This document shows, piece by piece, positions 26,520 through 39,839 of a stretch of 64,000 nt of DNA (the first letter of the stretch is position 1; every line of letters begins with the position of its first letter). The notes beneath the pieces were generated by a model, which was not told the DNA's origin, did not search any database, and saw only the letters and a list, made by a program, of their open reading frames with translations. The stretch spans positions 18,166,001-18,230,000 of the forward strand of contig CM120645.1 of NCBI GenBank assembly GCA_051362555.1. Reading direction: 5' to 3'. A program made the translations under genes and the position numbers. The stretch comes from Lingula anatina (lineage: Eukaryota; Animalia; Brachiopoda).

Positions 26520-29283
26520 AGCAAGGCTGACATGTACACTTGCACGATTCTGTGGCACGCATTGGCACGATTCGAGTCGTGTCAGTGCGCGAACTAGCCG
26601 TAAACTGGCGTGAAGTGTGCGTAAACCCGTCGTGACTGCGTGCCATGTCGGGACGAGAATTTTGAAATGATCAAAATTTTGGTCACGACAAAATTTCGCG
26701 ACCGGGTAGTGAACTATGCGCAAACTGTTCGTGAACTCGTCGTGAACTCGTCGGGACGATGCGTGCCAGTTCGTGGCAGTGCGCGCCCTGCCACGACTGT
26801 TACGAACTGCCACGAATAGTTCACGAACAGCTCACGTATAGTCGGCACGACACCGTCCGAATCGCGCAAACTCGTCGTGCCAATGCGGGAAGTGCGTAAA
26901 CTATGCGCAAACTATGCGTGAACTTGTCGTGCCAGTTCGTGTCAATGTGGACACGCATTCGTTAACTATTCGTTAGCTTGTCGTGAACTCGTCGTGAACT
27001 ATGCGTGAACTAGTCGGGAACAGTGCGGGAACTGTAGAGCCGCATTTTGCAACCGACCGCATTTTGCAACTGCAACGCATTTTGCAACCAGGAGTTTTTT
27101 CCAAGTTCCTGAAACAGTTTGAAGTACGAAACAGGTAGAATTGAAGTGGGGGCCGGTTTGCTTCGACTATGAATGCTGAAACTGGTCAGGCTGCCCCTGG
27201 GGTGGACGATAACATAAATCTTATTTCAAATTGTAATTTTCTAAACCATTAAAGCTAGGAAGTCGAAACGTTATAAACATTTTGTTAGGCATGTGCATGG
27301 GATTTCGGTTTTTTTCTTTTTTTTTTTTTTTTTTTTTTGCAAATTGGGGGTGTGGCTGTCCCTAGGGGTGGTTGATTGTACTTTTACATCGTATTTTTCT
27401 TCTATCCACCCTTATATATTTAGAATTAGGAAATAAAAACGCTGGAGATTAATATACTATCGTAAGAAACTTCGGAAATTTGTGACATGGGGTGTGGTTG
27501 TCCCTGGGGGTGGTTGATTCTTATTTTACAAGGTATTTTCTGCTATCTGCCCATTGTAATGGCCATTTGAGTTAAAATCATGAAACGTAGCTACAGTATC
27601 ATTTGGGATGTGGAAGGGCATTCGTTTTTTACTTGGGTTGTGGTCCAGGGGGTGGTTGAATCTAATTAGACGTTGTCATTTCTGCTATCTTCTTTTAAGC
27701 CATAAGTTAGGAACGGAAGGCTATGGGGATGACTATGTCTTTAGGGATGTGTATCGGTCATTCTGTGTTTTTGATGACATAAATTGGGTGTGGCCGTCCC
27801 TGGGGGTGGTTGATTCTATTTTTAGCATCGTTATTTCTACCATCTACCCTTACAGTTAGGAACATGAAACGTTGGGGATTGATAAACTAGTCACTTTTTT
27901 TATGAATGTGCATAGGTCTTTAAGAAATGTAGAGAACAGCAGCAGCCCACATAGCACTAAACGGACTTACAACCGTAGGCAAGGATATAGGTCAAGGAAT
28001 CCAATTTAAAATCCATTCAAGGCCCTACACACTCAGAAATCCTGGCGTCCAACTAGCCGTTGTGTCTTAATACAAAACAAAAATAGTTATGAGCATGTTT
28101 GTCGTTTTACAGAGGCTATGCACATGCAAGGATTCCTGAAAGTATGGAGTCTTGAATGGGTTTAGTGCCATGTGCTATTAACTTGACCTAAATTCAAGCA
28201 TACCGCTTAAGGTCTGTTATTAATGTGCTGTCTGTTGATTTCTTTGCACCCCCTTCCTTCTTAACTGAAAGACCCCTTTCAGATTCACACATCCTACTAG
28301 CTGGGTCGGTCCAACTCTGCAGGGGATCTCACTTTAATAGCGCAATCAGTGGAATCAGCTTAATTGTCTGACATGCCACCAATCACCCCACCCCCTCAGG
28401 GACAGCCACACCCGAAGTCACACTAAAATTCCCCTGTACTCATGCACCAAAGACTCATATGTTCGTAACTCGAATGGTCTAGAAGAAGATGAAAGAAATC
28501 ACGGTGAAAACATTACAGTCAACCATCCCCAGGGACGGCCACTCCAAAAGTAACCAAAAATTCCGATGTGCACAAGCACATCTCTAACGATCTCAACCAC
28601 CCCAGGGGAAACACACCCCATCTCCCAAAAAATCTGAAGTGCCCACGCACATTTCTTACGTGTATTAATCCCCAACGCTTTTATTTCCTAATTTTAAAGG
28701 TATAAGTGTAGATAGGAGAAAAAATACAATGTAAAAATTACAATCAACCACCCCTAGGGACGGCCACACCCCTAATTTACAAATGAATCATAGGTGACCA
28801 TGTATATGCCTAACAATATCTTTATTTATCCCTGACGTTTCGACTTCCTAATTCTAATGGTTTAGGAAATTACAATGAGAAATAGATTATATATTTTCCC
28901 CGCCGCAGGGGCAGCCTGACAAGTTTCAGCGTACATAGTCGAAGCAAACCCGTCCCCACTCCAATTCTACCTGTTTCTTACTTCAAACTGTTTTAATCAC
29001 TTAGAAAAGAATCCTGGTTGCAAAATGCGTTGCAGTTGCAAAATGCGTTTTCACGATTTTCTTTGGTTGCAAAATGCGTTGCAGTTGCAAAATGCGTTCA
29101 GTTGCAAAATGCGGCTCTACTTAGTAGGACCGCATTTTGCAACTGAACGTGTTTTGCAACCGGTTGCAAAATGCGGTCGGTTGCAAAATGCGGCTCTACA
29201 GAACCTACCACTTCGTGCCCCAAAATGGCACGACTTGCCACGACAAAATCGGGGCCAAAAGTCGTGCAAGCGTCAGCCTGGCA
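26520..29283. mobile_element. PIF/Harbinger-like MITE interrupted by a Ginger-like element
   Basis: TAA TSD. Termini AGCAAGGCTGACA..CTTGCACGA vs TGCCAGGCTGACG-CTTGCACGA. CpG-rich CGTGAACT/TCGTG subterminal repeats. Confidence 0.65.
27033..29200. mobile_element. Ginger-like non-autonomous foldback DNA transposon
   Basis: TGT...ACA termini with perfect TIR TGTAGAGCCGCATTTTGCAACCGACCGCATTTTGCAAC and 4-bp TSD GAAC. Imperfect inverted similarity extends several hundred bp inward. Confidence 0.8.
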
Positions 29284-31099
29284 TAATTTTTATGCTTTAG
29301 AAAGTGACGCCTCGGTTAGAAATGTCTTGGTACATGTAGCAGTTTGCTTTAATAAAATACTTTGACTATACAAAATGATATAGAAAAATTAAATTGGCAA
29401 TTAAGAAATGTATTATATTCCAATTCCAATCTTTCAATGTTTCAAGATTTTTACCGGCTGTTTTACAACTTAGTCATACTAACAGCCTGTTTTAAACAAT
29501 AATGAAAACAAGTCAATTTTTGCGCCCCGATATTTCAGTCTCCGTTGTGTGGCTTATTGCACACCTCAGTTAGAGATGACACTCACGTCGTTAGCTTAAC
29601 TTTTTATGTTACTGGAACATTTTTGAAATATTGTTGAGATTTCTTTGTGAAGTTCCAAATATGTCACTTCTTAACAAGTTAATTTTTAATGAAAAAGAAA
29701 TATAATAAAATTATCATTCTGTCCTTCAAACCGCAACTTGTACTATCTTTAGCCCATTGCCTATGTGGACAGTTCGGCAATTCGGCTCATTCATTAGCAC
29801 TTCTGTTTTATGTTTTCTGGTGTATATTCTGGGTTGTCGCGCAAACAGGCCCCAGTGCATAAACGAAAATGTGCAATAATTCGTGCAAGTCGGCAAACAT
29901 ACTTGATGTGAAAATTAATCGCTGACAGTTTGTGTAGATCAAAAATAGCATACTTTGACTCCAAATAAATTCTGTCGGCACTTTATGTTCCATTTTTAAC
30001 CTATTTTAATTTTAGTTCCTTTCGTAGCGTTCACGCTTTGCCAGGTTATTTTCCAGTGCTGCGATTTTAGAAATGGCGCTCTTTCTCAATAGACGTCATA
30101 TTTTAAGTTCATCTTTAGGAATTACTATAGAGCTGAAACATCCGGTGGTTATTTAAATTAAAAAGATAATCTGAACAGGGTTTTTTTAGAGACAAAAGTT
30201 GTAAAAGTTTGTATAACATGGTGTGTTAAAGTTAAAAGACACCAGTAAACACCCAAACGCTCTCAAAACTCAATTTCCCCGACTCTCCCAAACCTTTTCA
30301 TCATACCCCTCATCATTTTAGTGCCGTTTTATTTCAACATATTTCCTTTTAATCCAACTTTCTCTGCTTAAAGGTTCGTCGATATCTAATTTAAACTAAA
30401 ATAGCATGTTGTCCTTTCCATTGATGTATTAGGTCATTTCTTAATAAACATTTCACCCCTTTCCCCGTCTCGCGTTATGTCTTCACTAACACAATTGGCT
30501 GATATTTGTGGAGTCCGTCACAATCATGGTTGAGACAGCATCAAAATCAACACACCGCAGCCTCTGGCTACCCTCTACCAGGGACACAGATTGATTTTTC
30601 ACTAGATATTCAAAGATGCGCCTCTGTTTAAATAGATGGCTAATCTCTGTACTGTAAAAGCAAAAATATGTCACAATAACTGCGGCCTTGGTAGAGGGAA
30701 GCCTATGGCTCATTTCCCGTATTAACTGAGATTGCTCATTTGAAATGTCTTCACGGTGAAAGAGAACATATTTTATGTTAGCAACAAAGATTAAGAAAAC
30801 GAACGAGAGAAGGAGGGGGAGAGAAAAACGGGTTTATACGAGACATTAATAAAATCGAAAAAAAAAATTAATTCAGTTATGAGCAGGAACATCTTTACGG
30901 ATGATTAAATTTCACACAAATATCTTAGAACATACTGTATGTCGGAGATTGTTAGTGTGTGTGTGTGGGGGGTATCATCATTATTGTCAGAAACTAGTCA
31001 ATTTCTGGGCAAAAATGCAAAAAATCACACCTGCCATAATAAAAAAGATTAAAACGGCTATAAAAGAAAGCATTAGGTGTAAAGATTTACGTTATACTA

Positions 31100-31327
31100 A
31101 AGCCTAGGTTACATTTTTCACAGACGCCGCACGATGAAATAGAAATTAATTTTCCGTATTTTTGTACCGTAAGTGTCTATGGACTAGCATGCTTACGTTC
31201 GGTACGGGCGCCGTACCATTTCTCCCACGTGACCTTGAAGTTAAGTAACGGATGCCCCACGAGTAGCATATGGGTAATGCAAGGACACCATACGGACATC
31301 GCATGTACCACAAATGTAACCCAAGAT
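31100..31327. mobile_element. Small PIF/Harbinger-like MITE
   Basis: Imperfect TIR AGCCTAGGTTACATTT / AAATGTAACCCAAGAT after TAA; right TSD unclear. Confidence 0.45.
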
Positions 31328-31804
31328 TGGATATTTGAAAAAATTTAACTATATTTGTCGGGGAATTATGCGTGCAATTTCTAAACGTTTTGGTCTTATG
31401 TTATATTATGTGATTTCTATATTTATTTATTTATTTATTTTTATGTATATGTATGTGTGTGTGTGTGTGTGTGTGTGTGAAATCGGTCCTTTACACATTT
31501 AAGTTAATTTCCAGGGGTAAATATACTCTGTGTTTATTAATACGTGCTACATGTACAACAAAGTCTGAAAAATGATGCACGGCGCGTTTCATGGAGCTTT
31601 CTGATTTAGAGGTAATTTGTCTCCTTGTTGCTGTATGATATAACCATTAAATAAGCGTGCTGTAACGAGATCCGCACATTGGTCACTTGGTTTGTTTAAC
31701 TGTATTTAACTGTATTGTATTCACAGCCACGTGTATGTGAGTGTTACTGATATACAGCCCTTGCCAGTAATTATTATTATTGCCTTCTATACTGCAACTA
31801 CTCT

Positions 31805-31840
<36 letters not shown>

Positions 31841-33257
31841 ATCATATAGTCCTACTGCACTGTACTACAACTACTACATGTACTGGTTCTACAACTTACA
31901 CCGCTCCAAAGGTGTGCTGAGGTGAGTTTTCAGAAATCTCTTAGACTCAACGTGCTGTCGGGGACAACTTGAGGATATCTGTTCCCTGTGAGGTAGGTCG
32001 ACTGTTGTAACGAACTGATATTTTTGTATATCTCCCTTCCTCTCTCCTATATCCATCCCCGTTATCCCCCCAATCCACCACATTCCCCTTCAAACACTCC
32101 AATCATTGAAATGCACGCACATGCAATCTGCCGTACACCACAAGAGGGGGTCCCCCCTACTTTTCGTCTTACGTCCAGTCTTCACTAACACAATGGGGTG
32201 ATATTTGTGGAGTCCGTCACAATCATGGTTGAGACAGAATAAGAAGCGAAACACCGCAGTCTATTGGCACATTACCCTTATTAAAACAGATTGTTCACTT
32301 GTAAGTATACAGTATGTATAATTACAAATTGTTTGGTGTTCTTTTCTCGAAAAATAGACTTCGTGTCTGGATTAAAACAAGTGTGAAATTGTTCATGCAT
32401 GTTTTCAATACTATATAAAATTCGAAACACCGAACTTGGTCTCTGAATATTAGAGAACTGTTTTTTATGTTGTTTACACAGACTACATCAATTAAGAGAT
32501 GTGATCACGTTTTATTGAAACGCAAGATTGAATAATGGTGTGTATCAGCGTAATTGTAAGTTTAGTTTCAATGTCTGTTTCAGATAACGTTTAGTTCACG
32601 ATTCCAGCGACAGATAACCACAGCTCTGGGATCATGTCCATGAATTCTGCCTTCAACTTGTCCCAAACCACAGACTAATAGAACTCGGCAGCTCCCCACG
32701 CTATCTACCAAGGAAATCACTGTCGAAACATGCGGAACGCTTCATTTGCACATACGCTGTACAAAATTTTATTGAAACTGCTGCCATAAATGATAGAGTT
32801 GATAATTCAACTTAAATTTCTTAATCCTTCCAAAAGAAATTTCATGGACGTATTATTTGGAATGTTCTTATTTCATCCTCGTCATTAGATTATCTTAGAG
32901 CGTAAAAATCTATCCAGGTAATCAGGACCCCTCCCCCCCCGGACATTCCCCCTGTAATGAATATAATAATGAGAATGAAACTGTGATATTGAAAAAAATG
33001 AAAAATCCATGCTTTTAATAAAATTCTGTCTTCAGAAAGAGGTGGGTAAGCAAGAAATGTTTTAATGGAACAGATGTATAATATAGATAATTCAAAACCA
33101 GAGTATTTTTTCTGGGAAGGTGGGGGGGTGTCTTGGGGCAACTGTTCGGGGTGGGGGATGTCTTAAAGGGATTGTCCGAGAAATATGTAAACAGCCAAGA
33201 CTGACCCATTGCCATCATTAAAAAGTCAAGTCCTGATGTGTAGAGTGTGTATTGACC

Positions 33258-33487
33258 CCACCCTGCCCCTCCCCGTGGCCTTCTCCACGTCCCTGCCCCT
33301 CCCCACAGCCTTCTCCACGTCCCTGCCCCTCCCCACGGCCTTCTCCACGTCCCTACCCTCCCCACGGTCATCTCCACGTCTCTGCCCCTCCCCACGGCCT
33401 TCTCCACGTCCCTGCCCCTCCCCACGGCCTTCTCCACGTCCCTGCCCCTCCCCACGGCCTTCTTCGCGTCCATGCCCCTCTCCACGT
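33258..33487. repeat. GC-rich 30-bp minisatellite (~7.5 copies) within a locally duplicated block
   Basis: Unit CCCTGCCCCTCCCCACGGCCTTCTCCACGT. The block 33122-33300 recurs at ~33978-34160. Confidence 0.9.
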
Positions 33488-34515
33488 GACATACATATTT
33501 GTTTTTCATGTGCCATTTCTACACTAGGCGAGTTCAGTTGTGCGAACTAAGAAAGGAGAAAATTCGGCATTGCCTGCTGAATTTTCTTTGTAGGGGGTCT
33601 AATTGCAATGAGTTAATGCCAAATCTTAAAAAATATTATTTGTTTTTCCAAGAAGTTGTTTCTTTTAATTTAAGAAAATGCATCATTTGACTAGAGTCCT
33701 CCCTTGTAGCAGCTATGTGCAGCACTTCGTTCTCCAGCGCTCTCCTGACGCATAGGAAAATGTTTTAGTTGAGAACACATATCCTATGTTATTACACCGT
33801 TTATTTCATCTTTGGTACTCGCGACAAAAACCAAAATGCGCTTGGATATCCACGCTGGCAATGGCTGAAATCACTGAAGCTGATCAAGGCCTACATATAC
33901 ATACATGTACACACTAGCTGCCAGGTTATTTGTGACGCCTGTGGTGTCTTCTTGGGGATTGACTACAGTGGGGGGGGGGGGGGGGGTCTTGGGGCAACTG
34001 TTCGGGGTGGGGGATGTCTTAAAGGGATTGTCCGAGAAATATGTAAACAGCCAAGACTGACCCATTGCCATCATTAAAAAGTCAAGTCCTGATGTGTAGA
34101 GTGTGTATTGACCCCACCCTGCCCCTCCCCGTGGCCTTCTCCAGGTCCCTGCCCCTCCCCGCAGCTTTCCAGAGGAAAAGAAAGGAAGAAAGGCTAACAC
34201 GTCAGGTTATTTGCACCTTAATTGGATCCGCCAGTGATGGTGATGAAAAGATAAATGAAAAAGATAACGATTATTTTGAAACGGTGTCACTTAATGTTCC
34301 ATTTTCGGAAGACAAAATCCGAATCCAAATCTCAACGATTTTTAGGTATCAGTACCCATAATCGGGTTCGTAGCCGAGTTGGGTGGGTGGGTGGTGTCGA
34401 GCTGTTCGAAATAACTCTGTTTGCTGGGAAAATGTCCACTCTGGATAAATTTGGTCTATTTGCACAACAGCCCGGAATTCGATACAATTTACGTAGGTAC
34501 AAGCAGAGTTGATCC

Positions 34516-34546
<31 letters not shown>

Positions 34547-35116
34547 GTCTCATTACGAATAAAATGTTTTTTGACCGATATGGTTTTAAAAAAAGGTCCT
34601 CTTTATATCTTCTGGGCCATAGGCTAGTTGAGGAAAATGCTTGGTGGAGCGGGAGTAGGCCTACAGTAACTATGCGCAGGTTGGCGGTTATTTGTACCGC
34701 CTGTGGTACACTTATAAACGCCTACTGGAAGAAAAATAAGACACTTTTTACGGACTTTATAAACGAAAAATGTTTTGACTTTATAAAGATCCCCTTTTTC
34801 CCCATATTTCTCTGCCCTTCCAAGAACGCGTTTTTACTGTGTACCCTTTCATTTCTGTTTCTGCATTTTGTAATATACAACACACTGTCGATCAGATATG
34901 AGGAAAACTACAACGAAATATTTATTTTTAATATTCTTTAAATACATTGTGAATTTGAACGACACACACTAACACTGGGTGAACAAGATAAATTATACTC
35001 TGCAAATTAAGAATGACAAACCATGAACTGATAATAAAAACCTTGAGTTAGAACAATAAGATGTATATTTTGCTATTATTTCAAGACAAATTCGGTTATT
35101 TACATGGTGTAAGAAG

Positions 35117-35265
35117 CAGGGCCGTAGCCTGAGCAAAATGCCAGGGGGGGGCAGTAAGCGGACACGAGGGGGCGAAGCTACCGAGGGGGGAGGGTGTGGT
35201 GTGTAAAATTCCAAATTCCAGGGGGGGCAGCTGCCCCCCCTGCCCCCCCGGAGGCTACGGCCCTG
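35117..35265. mobile_element. hAT-like GC-rich MITE
   Basis: TIR CAGGGCCGTAGCCT / AGGCTACGGCCCTG with 6-bp direct flank AAGAAG. Confidence 0.75.
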
Positions 35266-37371
35266 AAGAAGTTATTTATCAAATGCTCTTAAGTTATCAT
35301 TTAGAATATATTTTTGGACTTAGTATGGTAAGGACTGGGTGACTGGTAAAATATTGTATGAACAATAGCTTAAATTTAAAGTAAGACCCGTGCTCTAACT
35401 TATATTAAAGCCAGTGCAGCTGTTTAAAAACATGTAATGTAATTTGTTGGCAATGAAAAAATACACTTCAAAAATAAGTATTATTGAATAAATAGGCCTA
35501 TTGTAGTGTCAGAAGCATTTATACTTGAAATGTTCTGAAGCTAAGAAAAGTATGCCATTAAAAATTTATATAAAAAACATTACCAGCCCGGGACCCACCG
35601 GTCTGCCGCTAGGTGGTTTAAAAAAACCCGGAAGTTATAGATTTTTGAAATGGGAAATTTTTTTTTTGATTTATAGGATGTCAGAAAAGGTGGAATATCT
35701 CGGCTATTAAGGGTATAAGAGTTTCGTTATGTACGGAAATTTAACTTTATCTCCAGTGCTTGCATTCTTAGAGAACAGGTCGGAATTTTAAATTACAGCA
35801 AGTTGTGGCAAATTTATTCAGCTTCACGTCAATATAAACATGTAAGGAACTTCATCCAGCATTGGCACAAATCAATTCACAGCAGAGCATGCAGAAAAAA
35901 GTCATACTTGCAATATCCACGTGCCAGCCTCGTTTTGACTTAGTACATTCTAATCTAGCTTCGTTTTGGATTATTCTTCGCACAATATTGAGAAACAAAA
36001 CTTGCACAGGAAGAATGGGAAAAATGAAAATATAATTATCTCATTTTTTTTTCTTTGTAAATAAGCATTTATCTATTACACGAGGCAGATTGATGAGTTT
36101 CTTTTTATGAAAAGACAAATAAAAAATGAGTACTTTTTATCAATTGACTCAATTTACACATTTTTTACATAAAAGCAACTTTACATAAGAGCAACTTTTA
36201 TAACATGAGTCAACAAAGTATCAATATTGTGACAGCCAACAGGGATTAAAGCTTTGCAAATATACATGCAGATTTGTGGCAAAAAGAGTTATTTTTTATT
36301 TTCGCAACATTGATATGGTGATTTATTTAACACATCTAAATCAGTACATATACAGTTAGCCAACAAACACACCACCCACTTTTAAAAACAGGACCAATTT
36401 TAACAAATAATATTTTATATATTTACCCAAGGTCAGCAGTTCTTTTCTCACCGACACCAAGTTATTCCTGTACCAAGCCATATTTGCATTTGAAATAACT
36501 TTTGTTTTTATAAGAATAATTTTTGTCTACAAGCCACGTCATGTATGCAAAAGCTTGCACATTAAACTTAATATACCCTACTTTTGGTGCATGGATCAAA
36601 CCTACCCGTAAAATAATATGACAAACTAGTTGATCAATCAATATTATTATTATTAGCATCAGCTAGCACAGCACAAAAATATTTTTCATCCCTTAAAAGA
36701 ATGTCAGAGGTTGTGATGGTACTCAATGCCATACAGCATTTGGAAATGATAGGTGCTTCTGTGATAATAATTGCAGGCCAAGGAATGGCAAAATGATTAA
36801 TCCTGGTCCCATTCATGTTCTTCAAGCCTAGAAAAATATCAAATTAAAAAGTTTTAAAACGTAGCATAAAAACACTTTTCTAACTGCAAATGTCTTTCCA
36901 CACACACATCAACACGCACACTAAAATCAATATAAATAATAAATCACAATCTTGGTAATAAAGCTGGTAGAAAATACATACTGGGGTACATGTCTACAAA
37001 CTACAGTGTTCACAACTATCACACTAATTATTGTACTGGTACATTTTGTTTCACAAAATACACAATATTTCTAAATTAAAACAAAGGAATAGTTTTACAA
37101 ATATAAGGTTTTTATTTCATGAAACAATTTTCTTTCACAAAGTAATAAGCCATGTGTACGCAGGTGTGTGTGTGTGTGTGTGAATTTGTGTGTGATGAGA
37201 GAGAAAGAGAGCATATATAGCAGTCACACTTGCAAGACAAAAATAAAGTTATGGCCAAAAAACAATGCATACATGTAATGTACGATGCCGTATTCTCAAA
37301 AACATTAGGATCTATTCTCCTAACTAAAGAACCACAGTTTTGTTGACACATCCAGCAGATACTCTAGCACT

Positions 37372-37415
<44 letters not shown>

Positions 37416-38775
37416 TACGTATACGCTAAATATACTGATAGTCAATGAAAACGCATCATTTATTTTTCGAATAGTATTTTAAGTTCCTTTGGCACATTAA
37501 GAAAATAAGTTTCCGTGTGAAATATGACCCATTATTCAGTCACACAAGGTGAAATAAAGATCAGAAAAGATCATTAAAATGCAAGGTCACGTGATCAAAT
37601 CTATTTGGTTCCGCCCAGCCTCCAGCATCCACAGTCGCTCTTCCAGTGTCAGACATGGCATCACATTACTTTTTTTGTCATGTGTCATACTGGATTTGGT
37701 GACTACCTTAAATAGGCTTAATTAATCACCATATATTGAACCTGATTAACTCACACCAATCATGAGACAGGAAAAACACATAATTTTGTAACAGCTGACC
37801 ACAAAATCAATAAAGTGTTAATTTTAAACATCCGAGTGGTCAGCCCACTCTCTTTTGACCAAATAAGTGCATCTGTACTCGTTTATATGGTTGGAATCGA
37901 TTCTAGGTAAAAGTACAAGAGTACAAAAGTACGAAAGTTTTCTGATGCGTTTTCATCGACTGTCAGTATATAAACCTCGTTGGAAATATCGAAAACCACC
38001 AAGTTACAGGTTTGGTCAGTGCTCAAAAATTTTATATGTCCAAAAATGAATGTCAAACTATGGAAATACCTGAACAGACAAAGGAAAAAGTCCATCTACA
38101 TTTGGCACAATTCAAAAACACAGTTACAATGCCGCTATGTGTGCGGCCATTTTGGAAGACGAATGTAACTTCAGAAATTACTCAGTGAAATCAACACACG
38201 AACATTCCTTTGGGGTATAAAATGTAACTGAAGCATATGCTGTATCGTCTTTTTGAATTTATTAGTATATAAATCAACTGGTCATTGTATAAACATATGT
38301 ACATCTTACCTGTCTCAATGCCTTCTTCTCTTACCATTTTTTCTTAGACCTGTCCGCTCCCTTTTTGAAAACGAGGCCAAATCTAATATTTTCCTAAATA
38401 ACCGTCATATGAGCCAGTGGCTCCCGGGCTATACTAAAACTGCATTTCATTTCAAACAAAAGAAATATACTTGCAATAATTGCTTCCTTCCATGTTTCCC
38501 TTCACTGTTTGGAGATTGTTCAAGAGAAATAAACTAAAAATCCACAGAAGTGTTTCTAAACACTCGAATTACAAAAATGCTCAACAGAAGACTGTACCCA
38601 AGTGGTATAAAAAATAATTAATTTGAATAGGATGAAATCTACATCTTCACTACAGTACCAATGTGTGTTAAATAGTGCACATTGCCATTTCATACTTTAC
38701 CCAGGAAATGACAAAGAAAACAACCATCAATATGTTCCTTTCAATGATAACTATTCTAAGTTTATTCATTACTGC

Positions 38776-38825
<50 letters not shown>

Positions 38826-39839
38826 AGAAAAAGGCTTTGTAAAAGACTAAATTATGCAATGTAAACAATAAACAAACTTTATGATCAAGATATATATTGG
38901 TCTATATAAGCATCACATTATTAAGTGAACTGTTCATTGTTCATATATATACTAGTATATGTCATAGAGGTAAACTGCCCACATAAGATCACAAAAGATA
39001 TGAAGAGCTGTACACTGTGGTCATCAGGATCACTCAGTTTCACACTTACGTCTTAATCCACCCCTTCAATAAGATTACAGTTTCAGGACCATGAGAGTTC
39101 AAATTCACATGATGAAAGTCTCAATTTTTGAAAAATGATGACAGTGCATAAAATAATATTACATAATGTTTAAAGACATAAAAAACAATACAACTGCTTA
39201 TGTGGAAATACAGAAAATGTGCAGAGCCTCAGGCGGATGAGAGTTAAAAGTCACAAATGCCAGTGTTTGAAAATTAAAAAAGGAAAACATTACAAAACAA
39301 GAAAAGCACTCTGAGAGCACAGACCTCTGCCTAGACAGCAATTGTTGATTATTATTGCTTATTGATTGATTATTGATCTCGACCACCAACACCAATAACT
39401 AATCATTGTCCTCCTTGCCCACTTCCAACAGTTCCTGAAAATTTCATCAAAATCGATCCGTAACTTTTTGAGTTATGTTGATGACAGACAGGGGTGAAAA
39501 CATAACCTCCTTGGCAGAGGTAAATATAATTCCAATGAAGCTGCTATTCAAACCTTTAATCTTCGAGTTTATATATATATATAACTTATTTGCAATATTA
39601 AACAAAATTTACCTGCATAATTATCACTGCTTCCTTATTATTAATCTTGCAGAGAGCTTAACCTTTGGGAGTTTACAGGGAAATATCAACAAGTGTGCTT
39701 TATGTAATCTCATTTAAAGACCTATTAATTAGGCAAATGACTTAATAACTCTGAAATTAGCTAAGTGATACCCAAGGGAAATTTACAGACTGACCCTCTC
39801 AAAGGTCTTTCAGGCCCATAAGTCACATCTTAAGAAAAG

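Noticed and set aside
33015-33550. Pro/Gly/Arg-rich ORFs on both strands
   Set aside because: Open only because the 30-bp GC-rich unit lacks stops; no other coding evidence.
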